Positions 21,908 to 23,618 of a DNA stretch of 23,618 nt are shown piece by piece. Both the position numbers and the translations under genes were made by a program. Numbering within the stretch: the stretch's first letter is position 1; each line of letters starts with the position of its first letter. The DNA comes from Tubiluchus corallicola (Eukaryota; Animalia; Priapulida), in NCBI GenBank assembly GCA_030141605.1, contig JAQGDQ010001838.1, positions 1 to 23,618 on the forward strand, given 5' to 3'. Below the pieces are notes generated by a model, which made no database searches, had not been told where the DNA came from, and saw only the letters and a list, made by a program, of their open reading frames with translations.

Positions 21908-22096
21908 GGGAAAATTTTGCAGTATTACCCAGTTACGATGAATGCACATGTGCGCCTACCTTGGAGTCCAACGTTCGACCCGCCCCAGAGAAGAATTGCG
22001 CCCCTTGCAGTGGAGTATTTTCAGGACGTAACAATAACTTTGGCATTTGTGGTTCTAAAGTCACAAGTTATGCTGGCATTTATACCGTTTATAGCG
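21908..22096 (+). CDS. Multi-WSC gene exon, second half of domain D'
   Basis: ttactttacag|GG acceptor, AGCG|gtgagt donor, 189 nt, phase 1-1; ENFAVLPSYDECTCAP...NCAPCSGVF..R..FGICG...IYTVYS parallels 10269-10448. Confidence 0.87.
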
Positions 22097-22165
22097 GTGA
22101 GTGCAATATTTACAAGTTTTTTCGAGCGGTTTCAAGTTGCTTCGAGCGGCCATGTTTGATGAATA

Positions 22166-22275
22166 TACTGTAAGTCCTCCCTTCACGACTTCCCATTTAG
22201 CGACCTTTCATTTTAACGACGAAATGATGCATCTTTTCGTTTTAACAACGATTTTTTACTTTGCTCACACCCAAC
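22166..22275 (+). mobile_element. Single degenerate copy of the element end that forms the 63-bp array
   Basis: tactgtaagtcctcccttcacgact...cgattttttactttgctcaca matches ~21174-21301. Confidence 0.7.
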
Positions 22276-22494
22276 ACTTTCAAAGCAAAATCGTAACTCA
22301 CAAGCACATTAACACACGATTAACAAACCTGCTTATGAACAAAATGATACTTAACGTGATTGTTTCTACTTTTAAAGTATGTATCTACTTGACGAGTTTT
22401 AAAGTAGGCAGCGTATGCAACTAACAGAATTTATTAGCTACAGCGGAACATGCGAAAACAAACTAAAATTTCCAGGTGTGTTCCCACACCCAAC

Positions 22495-23160
22495 TGAATG
22501 AATTATGAATTATGAATGAATTTATTCCACAGCGACTCAAGCATACATACAAAGTGATATTACATTGAAAAAAATAAACTATAAGAGTTACTGTGAGGAA
22601 GGGGAAGGAGCATTGAGCTTTCGAGTCCTCCTCCAGATAAGTGAAACAATTGACAATTAACATTACATTTTCATCAGTTATAACATACATTAGAACAAAA
22701 TAAGTTTTGTTAGTAACTTGAGATCAGGATGAGTAAAATTTTGAGTTAATTATACCGTTGTAGTAGGTAATTCTTAGATGCTTTTTTAAATTGATAAAGA
22801 TTAAGAATTTTTATTTCACGTGGAATTGATGACCATATTTTAATAGCATATTTTGATGACTGTTTCATTATATTTGTTTTTGGAAGGGGGAGTACATAGT
22901 TTCCGACTGAATATCTTGGGTAATGATCATGTTGTGTTGAAACTGGACTAAAGTATGACTGAAAAGCTGGTGGAAGTAGTGAATTATGATAGTGATACAT
23001 GAAATGAAGACAATACATGCCATATATTTCTTTCACTTTAAGAGTTTTAACAGACAAGTAAATTATATTTGTGGGAAGGTCATACCTTACATGATATATT
23101 AGTTTGAGAATTTTGTTCTGGGTGATTTGTAAAGCTTCCAGATTAGAACTGGCAACATGA
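22495..23160 (-). mobile_element. 5'-truncated CR1-group (Crack/L2-like) LINE relic
   Basis: Minus-strand frame LEALQITQNKILKLI...FMYHYHNSLLPPAFQSYF..VSTQH.....LP..KTN..K.S..Y..KIWSSIP.EIK....FKK..K.YLL..Y* is typical of the ORF2 C-terminus; followed by a 3' UTR, aataaa and (attc/ataattc)n tail. Confidence 0.82.
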
Positions 23161-23618
23161 TCAGTAATATAGCTGTAGCTCTTTCATCGCATTTTTGTAA
23201 TTAGTTGCGCACTAATTCATTACTCACTTGATAACGAATTGTGCTAATTTTGTTTTCACTTTGTGCAATTGTATGTAACTTAACGTTGTGTGAAACTGTA
23301 GGGGTTTTTTGTGTAATAATGATAAAAACAATAATAAAAATAAAAATAAAGCAGCACCAAGAGCAGATTGGAAATGAGCATAAGAAACATGGCTCTGGTA
23401 ATCAGCTGCAACCTGATTCTGTCACAGAATTGGCTCGTGAGATCACCATGAATTCCTGCACCCCGCTGAGGACTCTATAGCAGCCCCCTTGCTACCGCCA
23501 TTGTGCTCCTTTAAGACCACTTTAGGAGGCCTAACATCTTGATTTGGGATTGCCAAAACGGCTCGAGAAATTTATCAATCTCCCCCTCCACTGTACATTG
23601 TCATCGTGTGCCCGTTAT

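Overview
AT-rich eukaryotic (probably invertebrate animal) genomic DNA, not prokaryotic. The window holds the middle of a large spliced + strand gene for a cysteine-rich protein made of tandem WSC-like domains. Ten phase-1/phase-1 GT-AG exons (2204-22096) splice into one open frame of 2544 nt (848 codons) giving 8 domains in the order A-B-C-D-A'-B'-C'-D', an old four-domain block duplication with an intron at the same position inside D and D'. A ninth intact WSC-like exon (404-712) lies on the opposite strand, inside a segment bracketed by a perfect 225-bp inverted duplication of a 47-bp satellite. This could be a real inversion that flips an exon out of the gene or an assembly artefact. A possible decayed counterpart of that exon sits at ~11316-11470. 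The introns contain MITEs (Tc1/mariner, pogo-like, hAT), LINE relics (RTE, CR1/Crack-like), tandem repeats of 6, 28, 47, 63 and 110 bp (two built from transposon ends) and a perfect 59-bp-arm palindrome. Most ORFs in the supplied track are partial exon readthroughs or repeat artefacts. The gene's start and stop are not visible.
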